This document shows, one piece after another, positions 8,219 through 16,792 of a stretch of 64,000 nucleotides of DNA. The notes under the pieces were generated by a model. The model did not search any database. It was not told where the DNA came from and saw only the letters and a program-made list of their open reading frames with translations. This stretch comes from a virus, in IMG/VR virus record IMGVR_UViG_3300035130_000101, positions 6,304 to 70,303 of that record; one strand, 5' to 3'. The position numbers were made by a program, and so were the translations under genes. The first letter of the stretch is position 1. Each line of letters opens with the position of its first letter.

Positions 8219-8593
8219 ATGTGGTACAAAAAATACCCTAAATTAAATTCAGCACTATTCACGTATGAGAATAGTGGCAAGCGGAGCAACGACCCGCCCC
8301 CGTATTCGTTAGTTGAGCGTGGTGGCGAACTGATAGACATTGAAGATAAATATTCGGTGTCGGGCTACAAAATTTTAGGCTACACGGAAAGCCCGCCGTT
8401 CCCGGCAGAAGGGTATCCAGCCGTAGCTGTCCTTTTTGAAAATCAATCGTTTGAAAAAATTTGGTGGCACTATCCCTGTAATGAGCCGTATAACAATCAA
8501 AATGCAGGGGACGCCCCAAGCTCGATTTTACAGCCGCCTAATCTTGTGGCTCCAAGTCGGAGTAGGCGGCGAACTAATAAAACGCGCCCCTGA
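8219..8593 (+). CDS. hypothetical protein
   Basis: 124-aa ORF with an ATG start. The 3' end overlaps spacer hairpins. Confidence 0.45.
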   Translation: MWYKKYPKLNSALFTYENSGKRSNDPPPYSLVERGGELIDIEDKYSVSGYKILGYTESPPFPAEGYPAVAVLFENQSFEKIWWHYPCNEPYNNQNAGDAPSSILQPPNLVAPSRSRRRTNKTRP

Positions 8594-8638
8594 TTTTGGG
8601 GCGTTAGGCGGATTGCCGCTAGAAAAGGAGTTGATCTT

Positions 8639-8926
8639 ATGAATGATGTAGATAGGCGACTGATGCAAGACAAACAAGACCAGCTTTTGGCCGTGGCGAA
8701 AAAAGCGATGGTTCAACAGAAAGAAATCAACGAATTGCATCAGGCATTAACGCGAATCGCATCGTACGATACCCCCGACGAGATACGCCAAGACGCGGCT
8801 GATGAATATGGCCTAGATTACGAAGAAGCCTTGGAAATGGCCTATGAAAACATTATCCAGGAGGCCAAATCAATGCTTGGCAAATATCCCCCTAACAAGC
8901 CGGTGGAGCCGACCGGACAATCTTAA
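8639..8926 (+). CDS. hypothetical small protein
   Basis: 95 aa. AAGGAG SD 8 nt upstream. Confidence 0.55.
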   Translation: MNDVDRRLMQDKQDQLLAVAKKAMVQQKEINELHQALTRIASYDTPDEIRQDAADEYGLDYEEALEMAYENIIQEAKSMLGKYPPNKPVEPTGQS

Positions 8927-9000
8927 TTTTCAAGACCAGGCCCAGGCCGGCGGCTCACCGGCGGGCGTTAGGCGGCTTCGCTGCGAAAGGAACAATCGAA

Positions 9001-9420
9001 ATGGGTACGTATTGGGATGGGAATGGAAAGTATCAAGAATGGTCAGACAAACTCGAAGATCAAGTCCCTATGTCTGGCCGGGCTGAAAAATTGCACATTG
9101 ATCTAGTGCGTAATATCAGCAATTGTTATTATGACCACTTCAACAATGGTAACTGCAATTGGGGGAACAAAAGCGAACAATTTGCACACATCGAATACCA
9201 CGCCGATGCACTTCACGAAGCAGCACTGGCCGAAGGCATTGAAAATATCCGTAGTTTACTGTCGTCTATTCGTTCCCCGTTGGACGCTGATTTTGCAAAA
9301 AATTTGTTTTACTGCGGCGAAGATGCAGAGGACTTGGAAGAAAATTGGGAAAAGCTGGCAGATATTATTATCGGTTGGGCGTGGAAGGTTGAGCAGTCTT
9401 TACCAGTACCAGCCGCCTAA
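9001..9420 (+). CDS. hypothetical protein
   Basis: 139 aa. Bracketed by the 9-bp inverted repeat GTTAGGCGG (8967-8975) / CCGCCTAAC (9413-9421); the latter contains the stop codon. Confidence 0.55.
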   Translation: MGTYWDGNGKYQEWSDKLEDQVPMSGRAEKLHIDLVRNISNCYYDHFNNGNCNWGNKSEQFAHIEYHADALHEAALAEGIENIRSLLSSIRSPLDADFAKNLFYCGEDAEDLEENWEKLADIIIGWAWKVEQSLPVPAA

Positions 9421-9567
9421 CAAAAAATTGTACCCGAATTGCTACTGTTCGTTTCAACAACGGCCACACGCTGGCAATCTCGGTTTAAATTGCGGCTCTT
9501 AACGCCAAGCCGCAATCGGGTAAATTTAGGGCGTTAGCTGGCTCATTGCCAGTGGAGGCGAGTGGAA

Positions 9568-9756
9568 ATGCTAGAATGTCCTGATTGCAAAATTCCGTTT
9601 GAGGTGGTAAGAATACATCGCCGCCACCAGACTGCTTTTAAAAATATGAATGCCGCTGTGAAATGGTGTCCGTTTTGTGGTCGCCAGCTAACAAAGCAAT
9701 TCAAGCGGACTGAGCAACCGTCACAGTCCGATCAATCATTAGAGTCTGCCGCTTAA
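9568..9756 (+). CDS. zinc-ribbon small protein
   Basis: CPDC...CPFC pairs. GGAGG SD about 10 nt upstream of the ATG at 9568. Confidence 0.5.
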   Translation: MLECPDCKIPFEVVRIHRRHQTAFKNMNAAVKWCPFCGRQLTKQFKRTEQPSQSDQSLESAA

Positions 9757-9777
9757 TTGCGGCGTTAGGCGGATAAA

Positions 9778-9990
9778 ATGATAGAAAACTACATTTGTAT
9801 CGAACAACGGAAACGGATTGGTAGTATCGTTTACGACGATGTCATACTCGAACTAGAACGATTTGCAGATAGGATAGAAATAGAGATGTCGAACAGTGAC
9901 GATCACAATGTACATATTAGGATAAATATTGAGCAGGCAAAAAAGTTAGCTGAGTTCATAGGCGGTTTTGTTGGTATGGTATCCGCTTGA
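9778..9990 (+). CDS. hypothetical small protein
   Basis: 70 aa. Preceded by a GCCGC/GCGGC hairpin plus GTTAGGCGG. Confidence 0.5.
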   Translation: MIENYICIEQRKRIGSIVYDDVILELERFADRIEIEMSNSDDHNVHIRINIEQAKKLAEFIGGFVGMVSA

Positions 9991-10061
9991 CTTTACGCCG
10001 CAGGGTCGTTCACCCGCCACGGCCCTGGCAGCGGCACAACGGCGGGTGTTAGGCGGACAAA

Positions 10062-10277
10062 GTGGCAAAAATATATGGTGTGACAAAAATACATTTTCTG
10101 GCAGAGCCATTAGTGATAATTGGCGAGAAAAAGATGACGTTGGAAATGGCAGAACGTTGGCTTGCCAGAGAACACGGTGAAAATGCAGAAGTAGACGCAA
10201 TCAATTGCACATCAATATATGATGACCGTGATTATTATATTTTGGGGATTGTAGAAAATAGCAACCAATCCGCCTAA
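10062..10277 (+). CDS. hypothetical small protein
   Basis: 71 aa, GTG start. Bracketed by GTTAGGCGG (10048-10056) / CCGCCTAAC (10270-10278). Confidence 0.45.
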   Translation: MAKIYGVTKIHFLAEPLVIIGEKKMTLEMAERWLAREHGENAEVDAINCTSIYDDRDYYILGIVENSNQSA

Positions 10278-10320
10278 CAAATCGTTCGTAGCGAATTGCT
10301 AACCTTGTTTTTTATTGTGG
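10267..10320 (+). repeat. spacer element family 1, copy 1
   Basis: cctaacaaatcgttcgtagcgaattgctaaccttgttttttattgtggtcggtt. Close match to 11387-11440. Confidence 0.7.
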
Positions 10321-10403
10321 TCGGTTGGGGCCACTACCGCACATTAACCCGCAGGCATTGTGCCAACCCGCAATCGCCACAACTCAAGCGTTAGGTGCTT
10401 GTA

Positions 10404-10690
10404 TGAAAAATCCACGGTGGTTAATGGTAACAAGAAAAATCACAGATGGTTTAGTGCTGGTTTGGTCGCCGGAATGCAATGAGCAATTATGGGCGTTAGG
10501 TAACAGGCCAGGATATAAACATCACAATTGCGCTATCTGTAATAGAGAAATTCCAAAAAATACAGAAAAAATGTACAGACCTGTGGGAAATCCACGCAAT
10601 AGAATGTGCAGAATTTGCCAAGACTGCGCTTTGATGAACCACCCACCTAACAAACATTTGCAGCCCGACCCCGACAGCCGCCGCAAATGA
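10404..10690 (+). CDS. Cys-rich (zinc-binding?) small protein
   Basis: ATG at 10404 after AGGTG. CAIC...CRICQDC. Confidence 0.45.
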
Positions 10691-10762
10691 GACGGCTGCG
10701 GGCGTGGGCACATCGGTATCAAGCGAGCCGCCGCAGGCGGGCGGCTGAAATGTGGCGTTATA
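10646..10762 (+). repeat. spacer hairpin element family 2, copy 1
   Basis: Starts CCTAACAAACATTTGCAGCC and ends GCGGCTGAAATGTGGCGTTA. The arms are mutually complementary. Confidence 0.7.
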
Positions 10763-10777
10763 TGGCTAGGAGGAAAA

Positions 10778-11026
10778 ATGATCTACGACGGACTGCTGGT
10801 TTACGGTGACAATTTCAATCCAGGTGCCGTTTGTCCGCATTACCTGCCAGAGAGCCAATACACTTTTACGTGGTATCGCAACGAGGACGGTATCCCGGTT
10901 TTGAGCGGTTACGATCCTAAAGATGATTTGGCTACAGATTGGCTTTGTGTGTGCGGCCACTATGAAACTGGAGGCTGCTGCTGTAGGCACTGTGGCGCTG
11001 AACCGCCGTGGGGCTGTATGTGCTAA
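10778..11026 (+). CDS. Cys-rich small protein
   Basis: 82 aa. AGGAGG SD. C-terminal CVCGHYETGGCCCRHCGAEPPWGCMC. Confidence 0.5.
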   Translation: MIYDGLLVYGDNFNPGAVCPHYLPESQYTFTWYRNEDGIPVLSGYDPKDDLATDWLCVCGHYETGGCCCRHCGAEPPWGCMC

Positions 11027-11033
11027 CAGCCAT

Positions 11034-11136
11034 ATAACAAACATTTGCAGCCGACCGCCCAGGCTGCGGATAACGAAGATCAAGCGCAATCATAGTCACA
11101 TTTCACCGTGGGCGGCGGCTGAAATGTGGCGTTACT
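11034..11136 (+). repeat. spacer hairpin element family 2, copy 2
   Basis: Starts ATAACAAACATTTGCAGCC and ends GCGGCTGAAATGTGGCGTTA (a 20-mer identical to 10741-10760). Confidence 0.7.
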
Positions 11137-11140
11137 TCTT

Positions 11141-11386
11141 ATGCAAAACAAGCAAAAATATTCAGCGCGTCAAATTATACCACCTCAGTTAACAGATACC
11201 GATAAAGAGCGATTTATCACAAATAGCAAGGCTCATATGTTGTTCGACCTGGCTATAAAACTGGCTGACAAAGGCGACGAACTTACAATTGAGGTAAAAT
11301 TTGAGGAATATAAAACCAAACACTATGACACACCCTGGCTGAATGAAAGCCGGGTTGATATGGTTGCGTGGGTAACAACCCCGTAA
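11141..11386 (+). CDS. hypothetical small protein
   Basis: ATG at 11141 (the ORF track starts at an alternative codon, 11126). Confidence 0.45.
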   Translation: MQNKQKYSARQIIPPQLTDTDKERFITNSKAHMLFDLAIKLADKGDELTIEVKFEEYKTKHYDTPWLNESRVDMVAWVTTP

Positions 11387-11440
11387 CCTAACAAATCATT
11401 CAAGCGGAATTGCTGATCTTGGTTTTTATTGCGTCAGTTA
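11387..11440 (+). repeat. spacer element family 1, copy 2
   Basis: cctaacaaatcattcaagcggaattgctgatcttggtttttattgcgtcagtt. Confidence 0.7.
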
Positions 11441-11443
11441 TAG

Positions 11444-11472
11444 TTGCTAAATAACAGTATTGGAGGTATAAT
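11444..11472 (+). promoter_or_regulatory. sigma70-type promoter
   Basis: TTGCTA-17 nt-TATAAT. Confidence 0.5.
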
Positions 11473-11478
11473 AACCGT

Positions 11479-11556
11479 GTTCAGGATAGCATAACTCAAT
11501 GGGCGCATTTTTTATTTAACGTGGCCCCCATCGGCTAAAAGAGTGCTATCCTGAAC
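11479..11556 (+). ncRNA. 5'-terminal leader stem-loop
   Basis: GTTCAGGATAGCA (11479-11491) and TGCTATCCTGAAC (11544-11556) are perfect 13-bp complements. It begins about 7 nt after the -10 at 11467-11472. Confidence 0.5.
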
Positions 11557-11601
11557 AAATAGCGCCGGCCGGTGGGGGTCTCCATTTTTAAGGGAGGAAT
11601 A

Positions 11602-11997
11602 ATGATATACTTTAGATCAAGAAAATATAAGTCTACCTTTAATTGTTCCTTTATGGCAAAAGATGGCCAAAACATTGATGATTTGTCAAGGTGTCAGATA
11701 GGCGATTCAGTATCAATTATATTCGACATTCCGCAGAAAATTGCAGACATGGTAAGTGAGAGTGGGCTATCTGATAGTGCTGGAATACGCATTTACAAAG
11801 ATAATAATACTTATTCAGTTCATATTCCATTCAAGATAATCGAGCGTGATCATTCGTTCTCTTGGAATGATATCGGCACTTTACAAACCCTAGGAACATC
11901 AATTTACGTTGAGGCAAAAAGCGGATACTGGGAAGATATGTTCAAATGGATATGCCTGAATGAAAGACCAATATGGGCAGTGGAAGATGAACAATGA
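11602..11997 (+). CDS. hypothetical protein
   Basis: AAGGGAGG SD directly upstream of the ATG at 11602. Confidence 0.5.
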   Translation: MIYFRSRKYKSTFNCSFMAKDGQNIDDLSRCQIGDSVSIIFDIPQKIADMVSESGLSDSAGIRIYKDNNTYSVHIPFKIIERDHSFSWNDIGTLQTLGTSIYVEAKSGYWEDMFKWICLNERPIWAVEDEQ

Positions 11998-13190
11998 AAC
12001 GTATCTTCACTATCGAACAGGACAAAGAAGTTGCCGAGCTATACCAGCAGGGAATGTCATCTATCAAGCTCGCCGAGCAATATGGCGTTGACAAGTCAAC
12101 GGTCTTGGGGGCGTTGAAACGGCAAGGGATAAGGCGGAGAACTAATAGAGCCTTTACCAGAGGTGAAGAGCAACAGATAGCTCACATATATCAAGCTGGA
12201 CACAAGATAACGGACATTGCAAAAGCGTATGGCTATGATTTCACTACTATTAAAAATGCCCTCAAGAGACAAGGAGTTAAGCAAGGGGATGACCGGTTTA
12301 CTTTTTCGGCCACACAAGAAAAGGAGATACTTGAAGAGTACAAATCTGGAAACAAGATGGCCGATATTGCAAAAAAATATCAGGCATCCCCAGGAACAAT
12401 ATCTAAAGCGATAACCAATCAGGGTGGCAAGGTCAGAGACGGACGCATCTTTACTGATAGCGAAGAAGTAATGATAGGCCACATTTACGAATCCGGCTTT
12501 AGCCCTCAGCAAATTTCAGTGGCGTATGGCGTATCACGTAGCGCAATTATAAATACAATAGATAGACGTGGGATTGATAAGCGCCCTAACAGAAAAAACT
12601 TTTTTGACGAAAAGGCTTTTGATAGTCTTGACAGTGAAGCCCCCCTATATTGGCTTGGCTTTTGTTATGCCGATGCCAATGTAACTAACTATGAACTCAG
12701 GATTGGACTTGCTATCAAGGATATAGATCACTTGCAGTTACTGGGAGATTTTATGCAAAGTGATAAGACGGTAAAAAAATATCGAAATAATACAGCTTGT
12801 CAATTGAGCTTTGCTAGCGTGTATCTTACAAAAAGGTTGCACTCATTAGGATTGATAGCAGGTAGAGGTGAATTTGAAAAGCTCGTGCCGCATATTCCCG
12901 ATAATCTGGCTCATCATTTTATTCGCGGATATCTTGACGGTGACGGCTGCATTACTGAAAGTAATTATCTTATCAGATTTCTAGGGCAAGTTGATATACT
13001 GGAATGGATTAGAAATATCCTTCATAGTAATGCAGGTGCTAGCAATTCCGTTTCTATTAAAAAACGGAGGGGCATCTACAGTATTGGATGGGGAGGCCGA
13101 TATCAAGGTCCTAAAATAATAGACTATCTTTATAAAAATGCGACTATATATCTCGATAGAAAAAGAAAAGTAGCAAGAAGTTGGAAATAA
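11994..13190 (+). CDS. LAGLIDADG homing endonuclease with four N-terminal tandem HTH repeats
   Basis: Four roughly 55-aa repeats (FTxEQ..I..Y..G.s...IA..YG.s..tI..al.RqG). C-terminal LGFCYADANV and IRGYLDGDGCI are two LAGLIDADG motifs. Confidence 0.7.
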   Translation: MKRIFTIEQDKEVAELYQQGMSSIKLAEQYGVDKSTVLGALKRQGIRRRTNRAFTRGEEQQIAHIYQAGHKITDIAKAYGYDFTTIKNALKRQGVKQGDDRFTFSATQEKEILEEYKSGNKMADIAKKYQASPGTISKAITNQGGKVRDGRIFTDSEEVMIGHIYESGFSPQQISVAYGVSRSAIINTIDRRGIDKRPNRKNFFDEKAFDSLDSEAPLYWLGFCYADANVTNYELRIGLAIKDIDHLQLLGDFMQSDKTVKKYRNNTACQLSFASVYLTKRLHSLGLIAGRGEFEKLVPHIPDNLAHHFIRGYLDGDGCITESNYLIRFLGQVDILEWIRNILHSNAGASNSVSIKKRRGIYSIGWGGRYQGPKIIDYLYKNATIYLDRKRKVARSWK

Positions 13191-13195
13191 AAAAT

Positions 13196-13220
13196 AGGAC
13201 TGAGGACAATCCTCAGTCCT
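13196..13220. terminator. bidirectional rho-independent terminator between convergent genes
   Basis: AGGACTGAGGA-caa-TCCTCAGTCCT (11-bp stem) with an upstream A-run. Confidence 0.75.
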
Positions 13221-13242
13221 ATTAACATAACAACTTTACATA

Positions 13243-14778
13243 TTATAACCAAACGGCATATTTGCTGCCGGTGCTTCTCAGTGAAATTCCGCCGTCCACC
13301 CAGTGGGCGCTCTCGGCGTCGGCTTCTCTCAGGTGACTGATCGGCGCATACTTCACGTTTTGGAGCCTTCCAGCCAATTGGGGCGTCCGCAACACCACCC
13401 GCTGTTCCGTCTTGCACAGCCCCTTGAGACAGAAGTTGATATCGTTCCAGGCCCAGGCGAACACGCCCCGGTCGGTCCAGAACCGCTGCACGTTGCGAAT
13501 GAGATTGAACTCGGTCATTGCCTGCCGATAATCTTTGTGCTGGCGGTAAGTGACGGGGAAGTTGCCGGTCGTCCGCAGCGGAACCATATAGATGTCGCTG
13601 GCGTACTCGCCCGGATCGAGACTGGCCGGCGTGTTGGTGTTGTTCTGTTCGTAGATGCCGGTGTCCTCAATGACCTTGTACGTCCGGCCATTGACGGCAA
13701 TCTGGCCCATCACCCGCATATTGTCCCGGTCCTGAATGTTCGAGCGACCGTCCAGCGTCACTCGCGCATTGCTGGCCGCAGCGATGGCAATGGCTACCTG
13801 GTCGGTATTGTAGGCAATCGGCCATACCCTGGACATCTCATACCACAGTTGAGGCCGCATCGCAAAGACCCACTCAGCCGGTAGCATCCCGGTATCAGCC
13901 GCCAACGTGTAGATGAAATACTCCATCATCGATATCTGGTTGACCAGGGCCGTGGCATTGGAAGCCACATCAGCATAGGCAAAGTTGTCGATATAGCTAT
14001 CCAACGACGGACAGGCAGTGTTTGTGTCGGCGTCAACCTGGCCCGTGGCAATCTGGTTGTCAAGGCCGGGGAACTCTTTATAACCACCGCCGATGTTGTT
14101 GTTGGCCGGGCTGCCTTGCCACATATGCGTGGTAAGAAGCCGCTCCAGCCGCACCCCGACGCTGACCATCTGGGACATCGTTACCAGGTTCAAAATCTGA
14201 TTGGGATTCAGGCCGCCGGGCATCAACCCGGCTTGTGTTCCCATATTCAGATTCATCCCGTGTAGTACCAGGTCCGAGAAGTCACCCCGGTTGATACGTA
14301 GACCAAGTTCGTCCATTTCGATAGTTTCAGTCGAACGGGCCACCCGCCCGAATTGCGCCGTCAGGTTACAGGCTTTCAAGTAGCCCGTGGGCGCATCCTC
14401 GCAGGGCGTCGCCGGTTCGTTGCCGATGTCATCCGAAAAGCCGGACAAAGCCCCAAAGCGCGGATCTTCGTCATTGTTCGGCAGAAGCGGCAAAACGGAT
14501 GAAATGCCGTGTGGCTGGACGTGGGTCGAGATGATGTCACGTTCCAAACCAAGAGTGGAGAAGGTGCCGCGCAAGCCGTGAAGCTTTTGAGCAGTCATCG
14601 TGGTGGCCGGCGCTTTGGTAATCAGGTCGTTGACCATTTCCATTGCCTTGACCTGAAATTCCTTGTCGCTGTTAGTCTGGCCGATCTGGTTGGCCGCCAG
14701 CGCCGCCAGAAGCGCCTGATTTTGCTGAATCAAGCCCATCAGTTGTTCAGAACTCATTGTGTCACTCATTGCCGCCAT
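13243..14778 (-). CDS. putative major capsid protein
   Basis: 511 aa, last gene of the head operon, directly after the protease/scaffold gene. Assigned by synteny only. Confidence 0.5.
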   Translation of the reverse strand: MAAMSDTMSSEQLMGLIQQNQALLAALAANQIGQTNSDKEFQVKAMEMVNDLITKAPATTMTAQKLHGLRGTFSTLGLERDIISTHVQPHGISSVLPLLPNNDEDPRFGALSGFSDDIGNEPATPCEDAPTGYLKACNLTAQFGRVARSTETIEMDELGLRINRGDFSDLVLHGMNLNMGTQAGLMPGGLNPNQILNLVTMSQMVSVGVRLERLLTTHMWQGSPANNNIGGGYKEFPGLDNQIATGQVDADTNTACPSLDSYIDNFAYADVASNATALVNQISMMEYFIYTLAADTGMLPAEWVFAMRPQLWYEMSRVWPIAYNTDQVAIAIAAASNARVTLDGRSNIQDRDNMRVMGQIAVNGRTYKVIEDTGIYEQNNTNTPASLDPGEYASDIYMVPLRTTGNFPVTYRQHKDYRQAMTEFNLIRNVQRFWTDRGVFAWAWNDINFCLKGLCKTEQRVVLRTPQLAGRLQNVKYAPISHLREADAESAHWVDGGISLRSTGSKYAVWL

Positions 14779-16481
14779 CCTGCCTGAGTCCAGCCCAGTT
14801 CATTCCACCATAACCCCGTCGAGCCGTCCTGCTTGGCCTTGTTCTGTTCTGGCCCTGGCACTTCGCCTGTCACCTGATTTTGCTTGGTGAAAAGCTCGCT
14901 CTTGACAAACGAGGCCAGCGACGCTTCCGGGATGGAAGCCGCCTGTTTTTCAAGCCGCTCTTTGTCCGTTTTCTCCAACTCCTTGAGCCGGCTATCAATG
15001 ACCTGGACGCTCTCGCCAATGGCCCTGATAGAGGTGGTCAAAGCCCGGACTGCCTCGACCATATCCGCCGAAGGCTGCTCCGCTTGAGCCGGGGCAGGTT
15101 GCTCTTTGGCCTGTTCTACCGGTGGCGTCTTTTCTTTGCTCTCCGTTCCGGCGTCGCTGGCTTGCTTGGCCCGCTGCGCCAGCTCATCTTCCATTTGTTT
15201 TACCCGCTCCTCGCCAAAGGCTGCAATGAACTCCTCTCGCTTGTGAGCCGGTATCTCTTTTACATCGTTCATACCGTTACTCTCCTTACTGATTAAATGA
15301 AACGCTAAACTGTTAGCTGCCGCCTTTGTCGGCAGGAACGTAATTTCCCTACTACGCCGGCGAGTGATAATCGACTTGTCCTTATCATCTTCCCGGCGCA
15401 CCTCTTTGCGAGGCATACCGTGTGACATCCCCCGCCAGTTTGCTTTGATGACACCTTCAGCCGCCCACCCCTTATCTTTGTCGAACGTGCCGCCGGCGAT
15501 GCAAAAGCCGGACTTTTCGTCATAGGCGTGATAGTGGGTTTTCCCGACCGGATAGGGATAATGCCACAGCCAGACTTCCGGCATCGGCCACTCGCCGCTA
15601 TTTACCGCCTGGTCGAACTCTTTGTGAGCGTCGGAGGAGATGATCTCAGGCGGGTTGTCGTTGTCACGGTAATTGTTGGTATATGCGCCAAGCCAGTGGT
15701 ATTGCCCGTCCACCTCTTTCCAGATGTGAGAGAAGGTATTTTTTTCTAACTGCGGTTGAGATTTCTCTTTCAGGCCGAATATCTCTTTGGTTTTGGCAAT
15801 GGCCCGGTCGATAATCGTTTCCTGCTCGACTTCCTTTTGGGTGTTTTCCAAGATGCGCCGGGCTTTGGCTTGCAACGAGGCTTTCTTGTCAGCGGAGATG
15901 CCCTTCATCTGAGGGATACGGGCGATTGCATTGCGTATATGGGGCAGATCAACTTTGCCGGAAGCGTCTTTGTAGGGCAAGTGGCGACAGGTGCGGGGCT
16001 TGGTTTTGTTTTCGCTGTCCTTTTCGCCGCAGCCGGATTCAACGTAGAGGAAGCTGGAGTCAGGTAAGTTGTTGACGAAAGCGGTTGACCAGACGGCTTT
16101 CAAAACGTCGTCACGATCATCAACCTCTTTATCGTCGCTTTCATCTATCTCTTTCAAATCACCACGAGCCACACCCATTCGGTTAATAAACTCCCCGGCC
16201 AGATTAGCCAGAGCGCCGGGCTTGTCCTCTACCATATCGGACATCATAATATTTGAGGCCAGGTCCCTGAAATACTCGGTCGCCTTGCGTACATCGGCTT
16301 CCATCTCCCGGCTTTCCATATAGGCGTCAAGCTCTTCAAACGAAGTAATACCGGGCGGAATCCACATCGGTTCATCATACATCTTAGTAACGTCGGCCTC
16401 TTTGGTTTCCTGGCCGGCGTCTTTGTTTTCGGTATCTTCGGCTTTGTCTGCGGTTTTTGGGTCGTCTGCTTTGTTGCCCAT
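14766..16481 (-). CDS. putative prohead protease / scaffold fusion protein
   Basis: 571 aa. Acidic N-terminus. The central SDAH...GMSHGM...REITFLPTKAAANSLA resembles HK97-type (U35/S78) prohead protease blocks. C-terminus is coiled-coil and Lys/Glu-rich. Confidence 0.5.
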   Translation of the reverse strand: MGNKADDPKTADKAEDTENKDAGQETKEADVTKMYDEPMWIPPGITSFEELDAYMESREMEADVRKATEYFRDLASNIMMSDMVEDKPGALANLAGEFINRMGVARGDLKEIDESDDKEVDDRDDVLKAVWSTAFVNNLPDSSFLYVESGCGEKDSENKTKPRTCRHLPYKDASGKVDLPHIRNAIARIPQMKGISADKKASLQAKARRILENTQKEVEQETIIDRAIAKTKEIFGLKEKSQPQLEKNTFSHIWKEVDGQYHWLGAYTNNYRDNDNPPEIISSDAHKEFDQAVNSGEWPMPEVWLWHYPYPVGKTHYHAYDEKSGFCIAGGTFDKDKGWAAEGVIKANWRGMSHGMPRKEVRREDDKDKSIITRRRSREITFLPTKAAANSLAFHLISKESNGMNDVKEIPAHKREEFIAAFGEERVKQMEDELAQRAKQASDAGTESKEKTPPVEQAKEQPAPAQAEQPSADMVEAVRALTTSIRAIGESVQVIDSRLKELEKTDKERLEKQAASIPEASLASFVKSELFTKQNQVTGEVPGPEQNKAKQDGSTGLWWNELGWTQAGWRQ

Positions 16482-16492
16482 TGCACCACCTT

Positions 16493-16530
16493 AAAAACAA
16501 AAAGGGCTTAAGTCGGATTGACTTAAGCCC
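16493..16530 (-). terminator. strong rho-independent terminator immediately upstream of the head-gene RBS
   Basis: Minus strand GGGCTTAAGTC-aatcc-GACTTAAGCCC followed by TTTTTGTTTTT, then AAGGTGG and the ATG at 16481. Confidence 0.75.
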
Positions 16531-16763
16531 CAGGTAAGAGAGCGGTTTATTGAGCGGGCCTCTCGCCCGCTTGGAGTATCATCGGTCTGACTCTGGCAGC
16601 CTGCCCGGCCCAGGCTATCGGGCAACTTATGGACGCATTTTCAAAAAAATATATCCTTGTCTAATCGGGGTTTTGATTATGGCTCAATCCCCCGCTAAAG
16701 CCGGGTGAGTAGCCAAGTGTCTAGGATAGCACCCCAGGGACGTTAGCTTGTCCACTCTCCACA

Positions 16764-16792
16764 ATTATATCAAAATAACTGTGCTATGTCAA
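16764..16792 (-). promoter_or_regulatory. sigma70-type promoter (consensus)
   Basis: Minus strand TTGACA-17 nt-TATAAT. The -35 overlaps the stop of 16789-17133. Confidence 0.7.

Noticed and set aside
13303-16323. Multiple 60-190-aa plus-strand ORFs inside the capsid and protease genes (e.g. 13303-13884, 14880-15296, 15756-16067)
   Set aside because: They are antisense shadows in GC-rich coding DNA. They have no RBS, and the minus-strand ORFs are long with recognisable motifs.
16531-16760. Possible tRNA, tmRNA or other known ncRNA in the 255-nt leader, and likewise in the 350-nt gap at 26703-27055
   Set aside because: I could not fold a cloverleaf: no GTTCRANYC T-loop and no matching acceptor or anticodon stems. 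The only ORFs are 2-13 codons. These are left as unclassified structured leaders.
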